This document shows positions 13,932-28,630 of a stretch of 64,000 nt of DNA, in pieces. The first letter of the stretch is position 1. Every line of letters begins with the position of its first letter. Made by a program: the position numbers and the translations under genes. The stretch comes from Octopus sinensis (lineage: Eukaryota), in the NCBI RefSeq assembly GCF_006345805.1, contig NC_042998.1:41292001-41356000 (forward strand), read 5' to 3'. Below the pieces are notes generated by a model. That model did not search any database and had not been told where the DNA came from. It saw only the letters and a program-made list of their open reading frames with translations.

Positions 13932-15750
13932 TAGATGTATATATCTTTCTTACTGCAACATGTATAAAATAAATGCTTTCCAACCATTCACATCAGATAC
14001 ACAGCAATTCTAAAGTGATGAATTTGGACCAAAATATGTACAGCACTAAGATACTGACTCTTTTAAAAATTTCATTTCTCATGTTATCAGCGAAACACTT
14101 TCTTCAGATTGCATTTGAGAAAAATTGGACTGGCAACAATATTGTCAAAAACTTCTTCCAGCCTTTCTGTCATTTATGAAAATATTTTGCTCAATCCTTT
14201 TTTGCATTTATTTGACTAGACCAAATACTCACCTACAATGAACCAACATGAACATTTAATATTTTGATGGTTCATGGTATAAGGCCACAAATTTTTAAGT
14301 AATTGTAACTCATTGATTCAACTATAGTACATGATTGCTATTTATTTTATTGAGCTGTGATATATGAACGGCTAAGTCAATTCTGAAGGTATTAGATATC
14401 TGAATATACAGAATATAATACTTTAAAGTGTGTTTGAACTAGTCCTCTGACTTTTCTGCAATTTCATCATTGTTATGCAAACATGTTCAACTATATTAAC
14501 TTGACCCAACTCTTCTAATTCAATATCAAGGAACTTCTTAAATGTGGTTGCTATAACTGTGAATAATAATACTTAATAATATTAACATTGCATCAAAAAG
14601 CCCTTAAAACCTATCAGTCTAAGTGCCCCAAGTACTTGAATAACTCAGAAAAGGAAATAATAAGTGAAATCATAATTCAAAAACTTATACAAACATCAAT
14701 AGTATGTATGGATATGTATGTGTGTGTATACACACACACACACATATAATCAGGCAAATTTTAAAATTAAATATGACAAAAAACATTTGTATGTTTGAAA
14801 TATTCCATTTTTATACTGAGCTCAATGAAAGATTTCTGCTGATTATAAAAGTTTTGATGTAGGATTTGATCATTCTTTCTAGACAGTACATATTCATTGA
14901 AGTGTGTGTGTGTGTGCACGTGCGTGTGTATGTGTGTGCGTGCATGCATATATGTATGTGTGTGGTCATTAACAGACAAAAATAGACAACTTTTTCAAAT
15001 GCCATACATTTCATTTCACTTAAATTTTAAGGAAATTTGAAATAAGATATAACACTGCAGTACAATTATTAGACTCTGACCAGTAATGAACTGGGTGGAT
15101 TTTATTTTATTTTTATTTTTTAAGAAAGAAAAAAAAAACCTTGATATAAAATAACATTAACTTATAGATTTGCTTCATAAAGAAAACAAATCATGACACA
15201 TAGATATTGATTTCACAACACACCACTGTGCCAAGACAAACAGTTTGGAAACTGAAAATATAAATACCAAGTTTCATGCAGTAAAAACATTTTTATAGAA
15301 TAATAATGTTTACATTTTAATAATAAAAAAAAAATTGTGATAAATCAAGACAATTATATTTCAGTAGTAATTTGTTGTGGTTTGGGTGAGCTTGTTTGAG
15401 TCAATGGTTTGGAGATAGGGTATATGATTCAGAGAACGATGATTAGTGTAAGGCAGGGATAGAGCACGTGTGCATTAAGCATAAAAATTACTACTATGCA
15501 TAAGAGAGGCAGTCATGAAGAATTAACAACTGTTTTCAACTGTGACTTTGGATTTGATACAAATATTGTCAACTAGTATGTTGTTTCATAAAAGTCTTTA
15601 AAACAGCAGCATCTTATCTTCTACTTTACCCTGCTCTTTATGAAATAGCCCCTTCGTAATTTTTTCCCAGAAGTACTACATCAGTGATGTGTGCATTTAA
15701 AAACAATGAGTGTTTCGCGAGCTTACACACATACACACAGCTTTCACTAT

Positions 15751-15918
15751 CACCTGGTGATTTCAATGTTGATAGTTGGATTAATTACTTTACCAGTATA
15801 TAACACTATTAAACAGTTTCAGTAATCTATATAATATTTTACTGTCTCTCTTTCTCTCTCTCTCTCTCCCTCTCTCTCCACACCTGTTGGATATATATAT
15901 TTACACACACTCACACAT

Positions 15919-15955
<37 letters not shown>

Positions 15956-16023
15956 CAAACCCCTTAATTTGACAGAGCACCTGTTACAGTTCAGTTGTTC
16001 TTGTGACTTAGAGAAAACACCTG
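15751..16023 (+). promoter_or_regulatory. Candidate intronic enhancer or internal promoter: four co-oriented CACCTG E-boxes
   Basis: CACCTG at 15751, 15881, 15978 and 16018; CACGTG at 15465 and CAGCTG at 16297 nearby. I recognise no TE here. Function is inferred only. Confidence 0.35.
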
Positions 16024-19000
16024 CTTAAATTTAGTGGTGTGGTCAATAACACTCCAGCAAAATGCGTGAAAACACATATTCAAAATGTCCTACCACTGTT
16101 ACAAACAATAATTACAACAACAACAATAATGACACAACTGTGTCCAACAGCACTATTTCATGTGGGACCATAACCATCCCTTATGATCCCCAACTCCTCT
16201 TGTAAGTATACATATTTTTTCTGACCCCACCTCTAATCAGTAGCCGACTACTGTTGATTTTTGTTTTCTTTCAACATCTCATGATTTTCTTGTCCTCAGC
16301 TGGTGGTCTAGTGTATATACCATGCTCCATCCTGTCATTTAAGCATGCTTTATTCTTATAATCATTTTCAAATATTTTGTCTAAACAGAAACAATTTTCA
16401 TATAATGTTAATGCGAAAGATTTTACCAGTATATTATTTTTTCACTCGTAAATGTTACATATTATTCAGTTTTAATTCTTATTCATTTATATTCTTTTTT
16501 TTTTTGTGTACTTTTGCAAGTAAACTACTACCCCTTTCAGCTACTCATGTATGTATTCATTCACTTAGATGCTCGTATACATTGATAGAATAATACAGTT
16601 GAATGTGTATACACCACACGCGCGCGCATTTACTGCGCTAATATCATTGAATGCTTTTATTCTGCATGTATTTTAGTGTTCTGGATATTTCTCTCCAGCA
16701 CTATATGTGCTGGTAAAGCTGATTGCATACTATTGATTTTGTCATTGTATATATATATATATCAACACAGACAATTATTAGTTGAATCCGATTTCCCAGT
16801 TAGTCATCGCCAATTGTATACTACCGGTTTCTTTATTTAAACAAACTCTACTTTAGCTTGCTTTTTTGGCTCCAGTTCACATCTACACTTTAGTTAGATA
16901 ATTTTTGCCTATCAAAATTTTTAAAAGCCTACTGAAAATTATCACTATGCGTTAAATCTATGTTCATGTGCACATATGAAAAAATAACAGAGCTAACATT
17001 TTCCTAAACATCATTCCCTGTCATTGTCTTGATTATCTTACTCATCCCCTCTTGCTTTTACTCTTTAACATCAGTAACAGCAGCAGCAGCTGCAGTAATT
17101 AGGAGTATTCATTCAGCTAAATGTATTCATCAATAACAACCAATTGTAGATGCACTTGCAATTTTTTTATTGATTTGCTAACTACAAGTTCTTTACTTTA
17201 TATTTCTGTAAACTGTAATAGGTAGGTGAGAATGCATTCTTGAAAAACTAGTACACAATTGGAGTGTTAAACCTCTTCCACACATCTATTTTCATTTCAT
17301 TCAGACATATATTGATCTGTAAGCTAGAATAATTATGTCTAATGACTTAATTATTCTAACTTACCTAAACACATGCATACACAAACAAACATAATATATT
17401 ACTTATTTACATTGCATAAATTGTTTAATTATTAATGTATAGTGGCGTAAACTACTCTAAGCTTACTCATAAAGAGCCAAAATATACTTCTTATTTGCAG
17501 TCGAGTCCATTCTAAACTATTAACTGGAAATAGTTTATGGCAAAGTTCTCTAGTATCAAAGAGATGCTAAAAAGAGATGGATCTTGAAGTGTAGATTCAA
17601 ATTATCCTGCTCAGATTAATCTTAATCAATGTTATTTATAAAGTTTTAAGAAGTTTGCGAATATATTTAATGAAAATAATTTATCCAAGTAAATAAAATC
17701 TTTAAAGTATTTAAAAATTATCTTTTGAACTTGTATTCCAAATTTTTTTTGATGCAATAAATCAATGCACTAAATATGCCTTTGGCTTCTTTCTTTTCAA
17801 GGTTTCTTGAGCTAAACATAGTTTCTGTAGATATTATTAAATAATTTTCTCTAATCTATTTTCTGATGTTTACACTGAAATAATCTGACTCATTACTGTA
17901 TTGGCTAATTCACTTTCTCATAAATTGTTGGAATACTCATCATGACTCATGGGATAAAAGTCCTGGGATTATTAAAGCTCCCTCCTTTATGTAAGACCAA
18001 TAGAAGTGTCTGCAAAATTTCACCCAAAATGTCCTGTTTACTCCCATTCACTTGAAGCTGATTTTATATATCATATAACATTTTGTCTTCACTATTATAA
18101 GAACAATTCTGAGACATGACTTCATCTACTTCTTTTAATAAATCCCCTGTCTAACTTTCTTTAACATTCATGTCTTATACCCAAATACGACATTTGCTGC
18201 TTAACTTTTGCCTCTACTTATATTCTGCACATACACATCTTATCCACCCTTCACTTTGTCTCTCTACATTGTGCTCTTCACTATACTCATTAGTGAAGTG
18301 AAGCATCTTTAACTGGATGTGAAACAGTTCAATTTGCAGAGAAGTTGTACCTAACATGAAGCCTATCACTATATATTCTATACACATTGGTGATTATAAC
18401 ATAGTTATAACAAATTTAAATGATGAAATATAGTATTGTATTTATTTATTAATGAAATAAAGATCACAATTTATAAACAGCCACTCCTTTGTTTAGATGT
18501 GCAAGAAAGTGCTTATGATTGCACTGAAACCTGAAGGATGTTTATATCTTTACCCTCAGAGTAAACAAAAATTATTTCCAGCATTGAAAAAGAATCTCCT
18601 TGTTGAATCTGGTAAGCAACACGTGTCTGGATGTTACATCCCAGATTATAACAACTTGTATAAAAATGCTGAGAACCAGCCAAAATTTCACAATCAGTTT
18701 AGAGTAGTCATGTTCCTTGTGATTTACGAGATATATGCAAAAAACAGTGGAATCCTCTATTTGGAGTATTCATGTAAAAAAAAATCAGCTTCACAGGTTT
18801 CTAGTATGTACTTGTGTGACTTGGATTCACTGATATTCTCCTAAACAATTCAAATCACAATTCATAGCTCCATATTGGATCCAGATTGGATCCGTTATAT
18901 TTCATTATAAGGTAAAATACTGTTGTGTTGTAGCTCTCACAAAGAACAGTTTTTATCATACTCTGATTTCTAAATCCATTAAATATACTATTTTACATGT

Positions 19001-19989
19001 GCATTGATTGTGGATTGATAAAGCATTCTCAACTTCATGTAAAGACAAAAACTTCAAAGATGTGTTAAGGGAACTTTACTTCACTGGTGACAATATTGTA
19101 TTAGTGAAACATTTTAACGAAGAAAGACGCATCAAACCACAAAAAGTTTATCATTATTGATATGTGTGCAATCCGTGTTGAAGCAAGGTATATTGTTTTG
19201 TCTTTGTTGAGATTTGTGAAGGAAAAGATGCAGTCATGTCACATAGACTATATGATATTTGTAATATATTGTCTTTTAGTCTTTTTTCAGAAGTTGATAT
19301 ACAAGGTATTATGCACATGAATTTATGGCCTTGACAGTATGTTACATAGATATTGGAAAAAAAAAACAAATAATAATTAGGTAAAGATGCTCATTAATTA
19401 ACAACTTAAGACCAGTACACTGCAAAAGGGGAAATGAAATTATAAGGGTCTAATGTGCAAGAACATAGTCAAACATCAAACAATGGTCTAGAAAACTACT
19501 ACAATTGTGAACTGTAATATCACTGTTTACAATTAGTTCAATTGGACTATTTAGTGTTGTATGTTACTACGGAAGCAGCATGATGTAGATCTGGTGTTCA
19601 GATACCGTCAAGTGTGAAGCTGAATAAATCACTCTGCTTATGACTCAAAAAAAATTAGTCAAATTGGTGTTAAGTTTGTTTCTCACTGATCTGAGTCAAA
19701 AATCTTTCCTAGCTTAAATTATCCCTTGTAATAGCAGTAATAATATACTGATTTAAGATTAACTGCTAGTTGGTGTTAAACAACTTTGGTCAGCTTTCTG
19801 CAGTAACCGGACAAACAAAAGAAACTTTCAGGTCTTCACTTATTCCAGCATTCAGTATGATATGGGGCCAGAATGTGCTGTGTTTTGTTCAAGTTACTAT
19901 ACAAAAATAAAGTCTTGTTTATCAGTATGAAAAATGGTTATGATGAATTAGTAAGATGCTAGTTTTATAAAATTCACTAAAGGTGGATG

Positions 19990-22900
19990 AAAACTGAGCA
20001 CAAAATTGATATTGTAGTAACTTTTGTATATTGTATTTTGTGCTCCTTTAGGTCCCTAGCAGAAAACAAATTGTATCCTATTGCTCAAGGTATTGTTGAT
20101 GTGTTGAGCCGTATTTGGACATATAATTACAGAGATGGCCTGGATAGAAGCATAATATTTAAGTTTTGGTGTTGTTTTACCCTTTTGGTAATTTTTGGAT
20201 ATGGTGGGTTGTCTGTAATGATGTGGGTGTTTTGAAATAGCCTCCAGCTGAGAGATTGGCATTTCAGCCAGGCTGTTGCTGGCTTCTTTTGATTAGGATT
20301 TTATGTCAGTAAATGTTTTCAATGAGTTAAGCTGTTTTCTGCAGTTTGTGTGTCATCTATGTGTTGATTCGTGGTCACTGAGGTAATGTATTTTTTTTAT
20401 CCGTTAGTAGGGGCTGTGAGGAGCTTGCAGCAATAAGAAATTGTATGTCCTGGTGGCATTACATTTTCAGTATTTTTGTTTCATTGAGATAGTTTGTGGG
20501 TGTGATCTGTGTTCAACTTAAGATAATGAAGAGTGCACTATTTTACATTCATTTTAATTTTCTTATTTGTTGTGTAAGAGGACTGGTATAATCCATGATG
20601 GATCAAATATATTGTTGGCAAACAACTGTTGTTTTATTGTGTTGGTCAAATGTGAGTGCTCCCAAATTTCTCATATCTTATTTTCCTTTATTTAAGCTAC
20701 CTTCAACATGTAGTGTAAATGTTGTTAGAGGTGTTTCATGTAATTTTTAATATTTTATCATTTGTGTATGTGGTATGTTTATGCTATTGAGTGTGGTGGT
20801 TGGCTGTAATTGACATTATCTGATGTTGGTAATAAGAGAGATGCTGGGTGTGGCAGGTGCCTCTGTTTGTTATTTTGGAGTCATGTTGCCAAGTAATTGG
20901 ACTAGCTGTAATTGTGTTGTGTCTGGCAAATAGTAAAAAGTTGATTTGTGATGCCATCTGCAAGTCTGTATCTGTTGGGGTTGTACTGTTTTGCAGCCCC
21001 AAGTAAGCTCTAATTGAGCAGTCCTATGGAGTGTAAGTAGTTATTTAGATATTGTAACTCGTAGATCTGTTTGTTTTTGTGTTTTTTGTTATGTCTCCAT
21101 GCATTTGAGAACATATTGTACACCCTGATATGCAATAATAAATTGTACAGGGGAACTATGTGACAGTCTGAACATCCTTCACTCTCTCCACTGATCAGTT
21201 TGTTACTGCACACTCACATAACTGGTAGTGACTACAACAAAGGTGAACAAGGTCAGTTCAGTTATACATGTCTATGGTGGACATCTCTGTGCAATATTTG
21301 GGTATTTGGGTCTAGTGATGCTTTTGAAGTTGTAGCTATTTCATTGTCCATGTGTATTTTTTCTTCTTCTTTTACATTTACTTTGATTGAGTGAGAGAGG
21401 GTGTTGCAGTATTCTTTAGTTTTGTGTGAGTGTCTGTCTGTTGTAGGGATAGGCATAGTTGTGTGATTAAGAAGTTGGCTTTCTATTCATGTGGTCCCAC
21501 TATGCAGTACCTTGGGCATCTTCTATTGCCTCTGGCCAACCAACATTTTGTGAATGGATTCGGTAGACAGAAACTGAAAGAACTCTCTCTCTCTCTCTCC
21601 CCATCCTTGACTTGACATCATGTGATAGTTATAAACAAACACCATTGTCATATAAACAAGGTTGTTCATTTTAAGTCTCCCATGAGAAACATGTTTGACC
21701 ATGGAAAAGTGTTATCTTGAAAACAAATAAGAGTTGGCGACAGGAAGGGCATCCAGCCATAGAAAATCTGCCTCAACAAATTCCATCTGATTCATGCAAA
21801 TATAGAAAAGTGAACATTAAATGATGATTTGTGTGTTTTATGGTGAGTTTTAATGTAAAAGCAGTAACTGAGAGTGAGGTTTGTTATTATAAAAACTGTA
21901 CTCCATGCAAGTTTAAGTGGTCTTTCATTTGTAATATCATTGTTATGTTGATAGCTTGTGTTCAGTCCGTAATGATGCATAGTGTACTGTTCTGTTTACT
22001 ATTTTGTTTATTGAGGTTCCTCGTGGAGAGATTAAGGACCCAGGTAGAACTAGTATATTCCATGGTAATTCTAATGCATTGTTGGTGCTCTAGGTAGATT
22101 TGTGTCTCATTTTTCTTTCTTTACTATGTCTTTTGTGAGTGTTGTAAATATTGGAGATGTGTTGTATGTAACTTTGTAAGTATCAGCTTTCTGTATGGGG
22201 GTTTGTTGATATTGTTGGGTTTGGTAGTTGATCGTATTTGATATTTAGATCAAAAAACTGTTTCCCTGCTGGCCAGAGAGACTGAATTTGGTAAGTGCTA
22301 CTTATAGTCTATTATTTTGGAACTAAGTTTGTGGATGAATAATGTAGAGTCTGAGGAGTTGTGCATATGTGTCTGGAGATTGGCAACAGGATGGTGTTTG
22401 GTGTCAGTCATATATGTGTATATATATGAGATCATATGTATGTTTTGAGAAGTTGCTGGAGGGCATGGCTTGAAAAGAGTGAAATGACAAATCTGTCTAG
22501 TTCTCTTTTTAGGAAGCTGAAAATTCTAGAAGTGTTTTTGCCTACTACATAGTCTTGACAATATGATTTTGTGTGAAGTAGATTTTCTTTAAGTGAATAA
22601 GTTTTGCTAATGGAAAAAGTGGAAATTAGCACGGTGCATGTGACAGGTTTTCTTTTCTTCAATAAAAAATAATTTTTGTATGTTAAGTTCATGAGTATAT
22701 TAAGTATAATGGGCTAAATCCATGTTCTGATTTGAATTAAATGTGTAGGTTACTGATGTCATGGATTAGTATTTTTTTCCAGAATGTTTGAGGTTGTGCT
22801 TAGGAGTGTAATGGGCCTGTATAATGTTACTTTGTTTGGGCTTTTGTTGGGCTTTAGAATTGTTTATGATTTTTCTCATTCTCCAAATTCTGGGAATTGG

Positions 22901-23900
22901 GCAGTGTTGGTACAAGTAATTGAAGATATTAGTTAATGCAATGATCCCTTCAAGTTTTTGATACTGGCCCTGAGGCTTTTGAGTTTCCAGAATATTCTAT
23001 TGCTTGTTTTTGTTTGATGAAATGAAGATGACAAAAATCATGATCTAGGTTGGAAGTGTATAGTTTTCATTTTATGTTCTTGTCTGATTTTTAGTGTTTG
23101 ATTTTAGCAAAAAATGTCAAAGAACATTTGCTTGGTACTGAAGTATGGCTATTTTGTTCAATGTTGTTGTTGATAATTATTCTATATAGTGCTTTAATGC
23201 CCATTTTCTAGTTTGTATTCAATACAAATGTTTGCCAGTTTTCTGTTTTTTGTTGCATGTGGTGTTGGTGCAGTATCCCAGAGCTTCCTGACTTTTGTGC
23301 AGTTGTCTATTATTTCTGATATATTAATTGGTCATATATTATATTACCTTCTGGGATGTACTTTTGGGATCATTTAAAATTATTTTATTAAATGCATGTA
23401 CTGCATTGTCTATATTGGTGAATTTAGGTGATATGGAAATAGGGAAACCTTAATTCTGTTTTTGGTGGAACTCATTCCAATAAGCTTTTTAAGTTTGTAG
23501 AAATGTATTTGTTTCCTTCATTAAATATTATTTGTTTCCTTCATTAAATGTTATTGTTTCCTTCATAGATGGTCTAAGAATAGTTGGAGGATCATTGTTG
23601 TGGTAGCTAAATGTTTAGTACAGAAGTTAATGTCTGGAAAAGTTATAGTTGGCTTGAAAGTATGTGTGCATTGGTATAAATTCTTTTGTATATAAAGGGA
23701 TTTTAGTTTATGAGGCAGTTGAAAGCATTATTGGTATCAATAGTGTATTTTCCTTCATTTTTTTGTAACCCTACAGTATCCTTTTTGTTAAAAGTTTGTG
23801 ACATCTTTCTCAAGTGAATATAGTATACATCTGGTGTATGGGTTAGTTAGGGTGAGTAGTTTGGTTAATATTGCTTAAAATATTCACTATCAGTTCCAAA
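19990..23900 (-). mobile_element. Heavily decayed I/Jockey-group LINE relic(s): PHD-like, APE endonuclease and RT remnants
   Basis: Strong G/T strand skew. Minus-strand remnants include SGNSKASGP, LTNIFN, EHGFSP, PVTCTVLIS (RT), SDHES (endonuclease) and CSDCH...IRV (PHD-like). Interrupted by a SINE at 21449-21830. Confidence 0.6.
21449..21830 (+). mobile_element. SINE with family-B head and RTE-like tail
   Basis: Head ...gtaccttgggca...ggtagacagaaactgaaagaa; tail ttggcgacaggaagggcatccagcc...gtgaacattaaatgatgat. Confidence 0.75.
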
Positions 23901-24399
23901 TGATAATAATCAAGCTAACAATGAATAACAATGAAAAATGACTTATGTGTTATATATATATATATTTTAATTTTCTTCTTTGTGGAAGGGCTTCGCTCAA
24001 CCCATTAGGATACTTTTATCTCCCCATGGTTAACAAACTTATCCATATTCATGAACTTCACTGAATAATTTTTGCTAACATAGACCACCACTAGTTCCTC
24101 TGATTCTTGTTTTTATTTGGTTTTTATATAAATAGGTGTGTGTAAGATTAATGTTATATGAAAATGCTTATTTATCTATGTTGTTAGATAATGCATTGTC
24201 TGCTTCTACCATTAATTTTATTGTCCTGAACCATTTATCACACACAAGAGAGTTAAGATATTAATTCAAGAATTCATAATTTTGATTTTCTTTATTATTT
24301 ACTTTCACTACTGGCAAATTATTATCATTTTAATGTATTAATGTAGAATAATATTTTAAATAATAATATAGGAAAATATTTACTTATTTGTTTACCCAA

Positions 24400-25750
24400 A
24401 TTGCAAGACAATGTACCAGAGAAAATTGAGACATTGTTAGCGAGAAGGGTATTGAAAATGATACCTGCTTTTAACAATGCTAAAAAGTAGGAGGCAAGGA
24501 AATGTTATTTTAAGAGATTGTTGAATGAGGACAATTTGTGGAAGAGAGAGAGCACCTAGTCCTAAAATACTCAACAGAGGCACCAGCCTTCCAAATTGAC
24601 AGATTATAATAAGTAAAATAATTAAGGATTATGAAATGGGGGAAGCAACTGGACTGTTGGATATAATAGTTGACATGCTGGAAATATCTGGCAGGGTAAA
24701 TCGTGCACTAGTCTTATGCATAGTCAATCAGGTAGGACAAGAAAGTATTTAGCAATGAATTTATCTGAAAGTTGTTGTCCAGTATAACTCAGTTGTTCAG
24801 CCACCATCTGTTTATTATAGTTCTCCAAGTTATACTGAAGAATTCAAGACAGCTGTCTATGTGAATTGATTTTGTTTTCATAAAGAGAAATTGCTGGAAT
24901 TGAGAACCTCAAAGTAAACTTTGTAAAAATTTTAAAAGTTGGATAGAAGACAGTCATGGTACCATGACAGAAATAGCCAATGTTTGATATGCAGAAGAGG
25001 AGTTGGTTGGAATTACATATGATGCACCTATTGTAAACTAAGGAATACAAAACATGTAATGGGATTTATGAAGGAAAATACAGCAAACACGCAGGTATAA
25101 GTAAACATTAAGAGTACTATGAAATAGATTTTCCTAAATATTTATAAGAAGGCTCCCTAAAAATAGTTGATAGCTTTTGTTATCTAGGTGACCTAATTAA
25201 CAGTGGAGGTGGATGTTTTGAGAGCACAGTATCCAGAATAAGAATATAAGAATGGGTTGCATAATGTTCAAGGGGTTATTACCTCTTTAAGTTTCCTTCA
25301 TCATAGATGGTTGTACTGTTTAGTGCATGTGTATGAAATTCAATGATGCCTGGTTGCAAGGCACAGAACTTGAATGCAAAAGATTGGCTAAGAGTACAGT
25401 AAAATGAAGCAAGTATGATCCATTGTATGTGTAATGTTAATGGTCATAAACAGCAAAGTACAAATGAACTGAGAGAAAACTGACTATAAGAGGAATCAAA
25501 TATAGTGTGAAAGAGAGAAGACTTCACTGATGTGTGCATATGGAGGATGGCAGTTGTATAAAGAATTTCTTAGTGCTCCAAATTGATGGAACCTTTAGAA
25601 GTGTGAGAGACAAGGAAAATTTCCTGTGAAATATCGAAGACCAATCTTATGATATGGAACTTCGTCAAGGAGATTACAGAGTAGAGAGATGATTGCCAAC
25701 ATGTGGGACTGGAGAAGATTTGACCACACATGCAAACATGGAACTTATTG
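24400..25750 (+). mobile_element. Decayed RTE LINE
   Basis: Remnants of MKxGKATG...DMLEISG, VDSFCYLGD and NEASMIHCMCNV, ending in a catgcaaacatggaa-type tail. Confidence 0.7.
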
Positions 25751-27548
25751 ATGAAATTTGGGTGACGATGGAAGTTGGGATATATATAACATTTTTACAA
25801 CTGAGTTTTCAAAGTTTTTCACCCGTTTTCTACTTACTAACTCTCTATCTGCTCCCTCCTTGTTTATTCAACACCAACTATTACCCCATTGTAATCGCTA
25901 TACCATGCCCTTATGTAGGGAAACAAAACAAATCTATCCATACTCAATATGTTTCCATTTGTAACCTCCTGCTCTTTCTTTCATTATGATGTCTGAATAA
26001 TGAGAGATTACATCATACTTGTTAGTACCCCATACACTCTTCCATCTACCCTCTTCTACTGCTATTACTCATCGCTCTCTCCTCCTCAGTTCACTCTTTT
26101 ATTTTCATTCATCACTCTCTCCTACCATCACCATCTTCACTGTTCATCACTCTCGCTCTCTTTTACCAACAGACATGTATTTTCTATTAGTGTTGCATTA
26201 CCTTTCTATATTGCTGGTCATAACACCCTCTCCACTAGGTCACTCATTACTCATATCCATTACACTCTCATACTATTGACCACTTCTACAATTATCCATC
26301 ACTTGTGCTCTCTCTTACCAGCAAACATATAGTTGCCATCAGTGCTTCTCTCCTGCTATCTTCTGTTTCTCACTTCAGCCAGCTAGTAATATCTTCCATT
26401 ATCCTTTCTGTCTGTTAGGAGGTTGGTGAATGAGTGGAGAGAACGTAAGGTCAAAAGGCTCTTCTGTTTTGCTTTGTCGAGGACATGATAACCTCTCTAG
26501 TGCCATAATAAAATATATCCATTACACTCTGTAAAATAGCTGGTGTTAGAAAGGACATCTAGCCATAGAAACCATGTCAAAGGTAGAACATATGAGTGAG
26601 GTGTATCTTTTGATTTGTCTAAGAGTGAGCCCATGACTTCTCTCTTTTGTTTGGTAATTCCATAACTGCATCAGAACCATTATCATACATAAGGCATGTA
26701 AGATGTGGAGCCACAATTCATTTTGATTTACTTTATTATTTACTTTCATCACCATCAACTTATTATTCAAATAATGTATTAACATAAAACAATTTTTTAA
26801 TGATATTTCTATGAAGATACTTATTTACCTAGTTTAAGAATAGACAGAAAAACACGTTAGATAATGTTTTGAATATACAAATAATATACAAAATATTTTA
26901 TATATAATATACAAAATGTTTAGCCAGGCTCTGCATTAAGTTTTATTGTCTTGCAAAGAATCATGTTTTCATTCTTGCTATATGACAACTCACCCCCTCC
27001 TCCCCCAACCAAATTACATAAAGACTGTTTTGATGTGCTCTCTTCACAATTAGAACTATGATATCAGCCTCACTCTGAAAGCTGTATGTGCAGGGGAACC
27101 CCCCCCCCCATTATACATAGAGCTCATATTTCCATATATACACACATGTAGAACCCATAATCCCTTGCATATGTATATTATACCACCAACATCTAATTAC
27201 ATTTATGGCTGTTTTGCTAGTAAGTGTGTGTTTGTGTGTGTGTGCACGCATTTGTATATGCATGCAGATCTACATAAGTATGCATATGTATTTTTTTTAC
27301 CTCTTAGATGTACATATATATTTTTATTTACTGGCTAATATATCTGCAACTAATCAAGTGTAAAACTTTCTGCCACTGAAAATAGTAATTCCAGTGAGGG
27401 TATGAATATCAAGTCAATCAGTTGAAGCATCTGGCTATGTAAAAGAAGCAACCACAAAAACTTTCATCCTTGCAGGCACTGAAAACAGATTTAAATCTAC
27501 CTGCACACTACAAAAATTCCCCTTCTTTCTCTCAAGCCCAAGCCCTTA

Positions 27549-27642
27549 AGGTTGACATCATTAACGACAGATTGGTGAAAGGTAGGTGACAAGAGAGGTT
27601 GACATCATTAATGACAGATTGGTGAAAGGTAGGTGACAAGAG
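27549..27642 (+). repeat. 47-bp tandem duplication (2 copies, 1 mismatch)
   Basis: aggttgacatcattaa(c/t)gacagattggtgaaaggtaggtgacaagag x2. Confidence 0.95.
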
Positions 27643-28244
27643 ATTGTAGAAATACTGCAATAAAATCAAGTTGTGCTTTATATTCAAGCAGCAAGATGAT
27701 GAGAGACCTCAACCACAGACCTGAAGGGCAAGGAACAAATATAAAAGTTTTCTGGTTTGGGTAATAGGAGTGGAGTGGTGAAGTTGGTATATTGCTAGTA
27801 GAGAAATAGATAGATGGATTAACTGAGGTAATCAGGGTATGTGGTAGAATAATTAATCTTAAGGTGTTCACAGACGAAGCTACAGCCAGTTACCACAAGT
27901 GCTGACAGATGAACAGAACAGGGTTTTTTTTTTGAGCTTGCCTATTTCTGTGTCTTGACATCAAATGATGAAGATCACTATCACAGATTCAGTTTTAATG
28001 AGCATGCTACATAACAACATGATGATTTCTTTGATGAACATGGAAGGTATGGGTATAGCATAAGGAATGACGAAGGACCAAAAATTCTTTTGAGTTCTTT
28101 ATTAAAAATACACCTACATGTACATGTGCATGTATTTGTATGAATGGATGTTTGTAAATATTTGAATGCAAGAACTTTATGGACATAAGGTTAAAAAGTG
28201 TGTACCTAATACTGCCATGTAGACTATCAAAATATATTTATTAA

Positions 28245-28630
28245 TAGGACTGGCTATGTGGTAAGTAGCTTGTTTACCAACCACATGGTTCCAGGTTCAG
28301 TCCCACTGTGTGGCACTTTGGGCAAGTGTCTTCTACTATAACCTCGGGCCAACCAAAACCTTGTGAGTGAATTTGGTAGACGGAAACTGAAGGAAGCCTG
28401 TCGTATATATGTATGTGTGTGTATATGTTTGTGTGTCTGTGTTTGTCTCCCCAACATCGCTTGACAACTGATAGTGGTATGTTTACATCCCCGTAACTTT
28501 GCGGTTTGGGAAAAGAGACCGATAGAATAAGTACTAGGCTTACAAAGAATAAGTCCTGGGGTTGATTTGCTTGACTAAAGGCAGTGCTCCAGCATGGCCA
28601 TAGTCAAATGACTGAAACAAGTAAAAGAAT
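28245..28630 (+). mobile_element. SINE family B, full length
   Basis: A box tggctatgtggtaag, B box ggttcagtccc, CORE-like ggcactttgggcaagtgtct, internal (GT)n, tail gactgaaacaagtaaaagaat. Confidence 0.9.

Noticed and set aside
17219-17230. ATG followed by tandem donor-like gtaggtgaga as an alternative first coding exon
   Set aside because: It would end in phase 0 or 1, while the next exon needs phase 2. There is no upstream support, although a non-coding first exon cannot be excluded.
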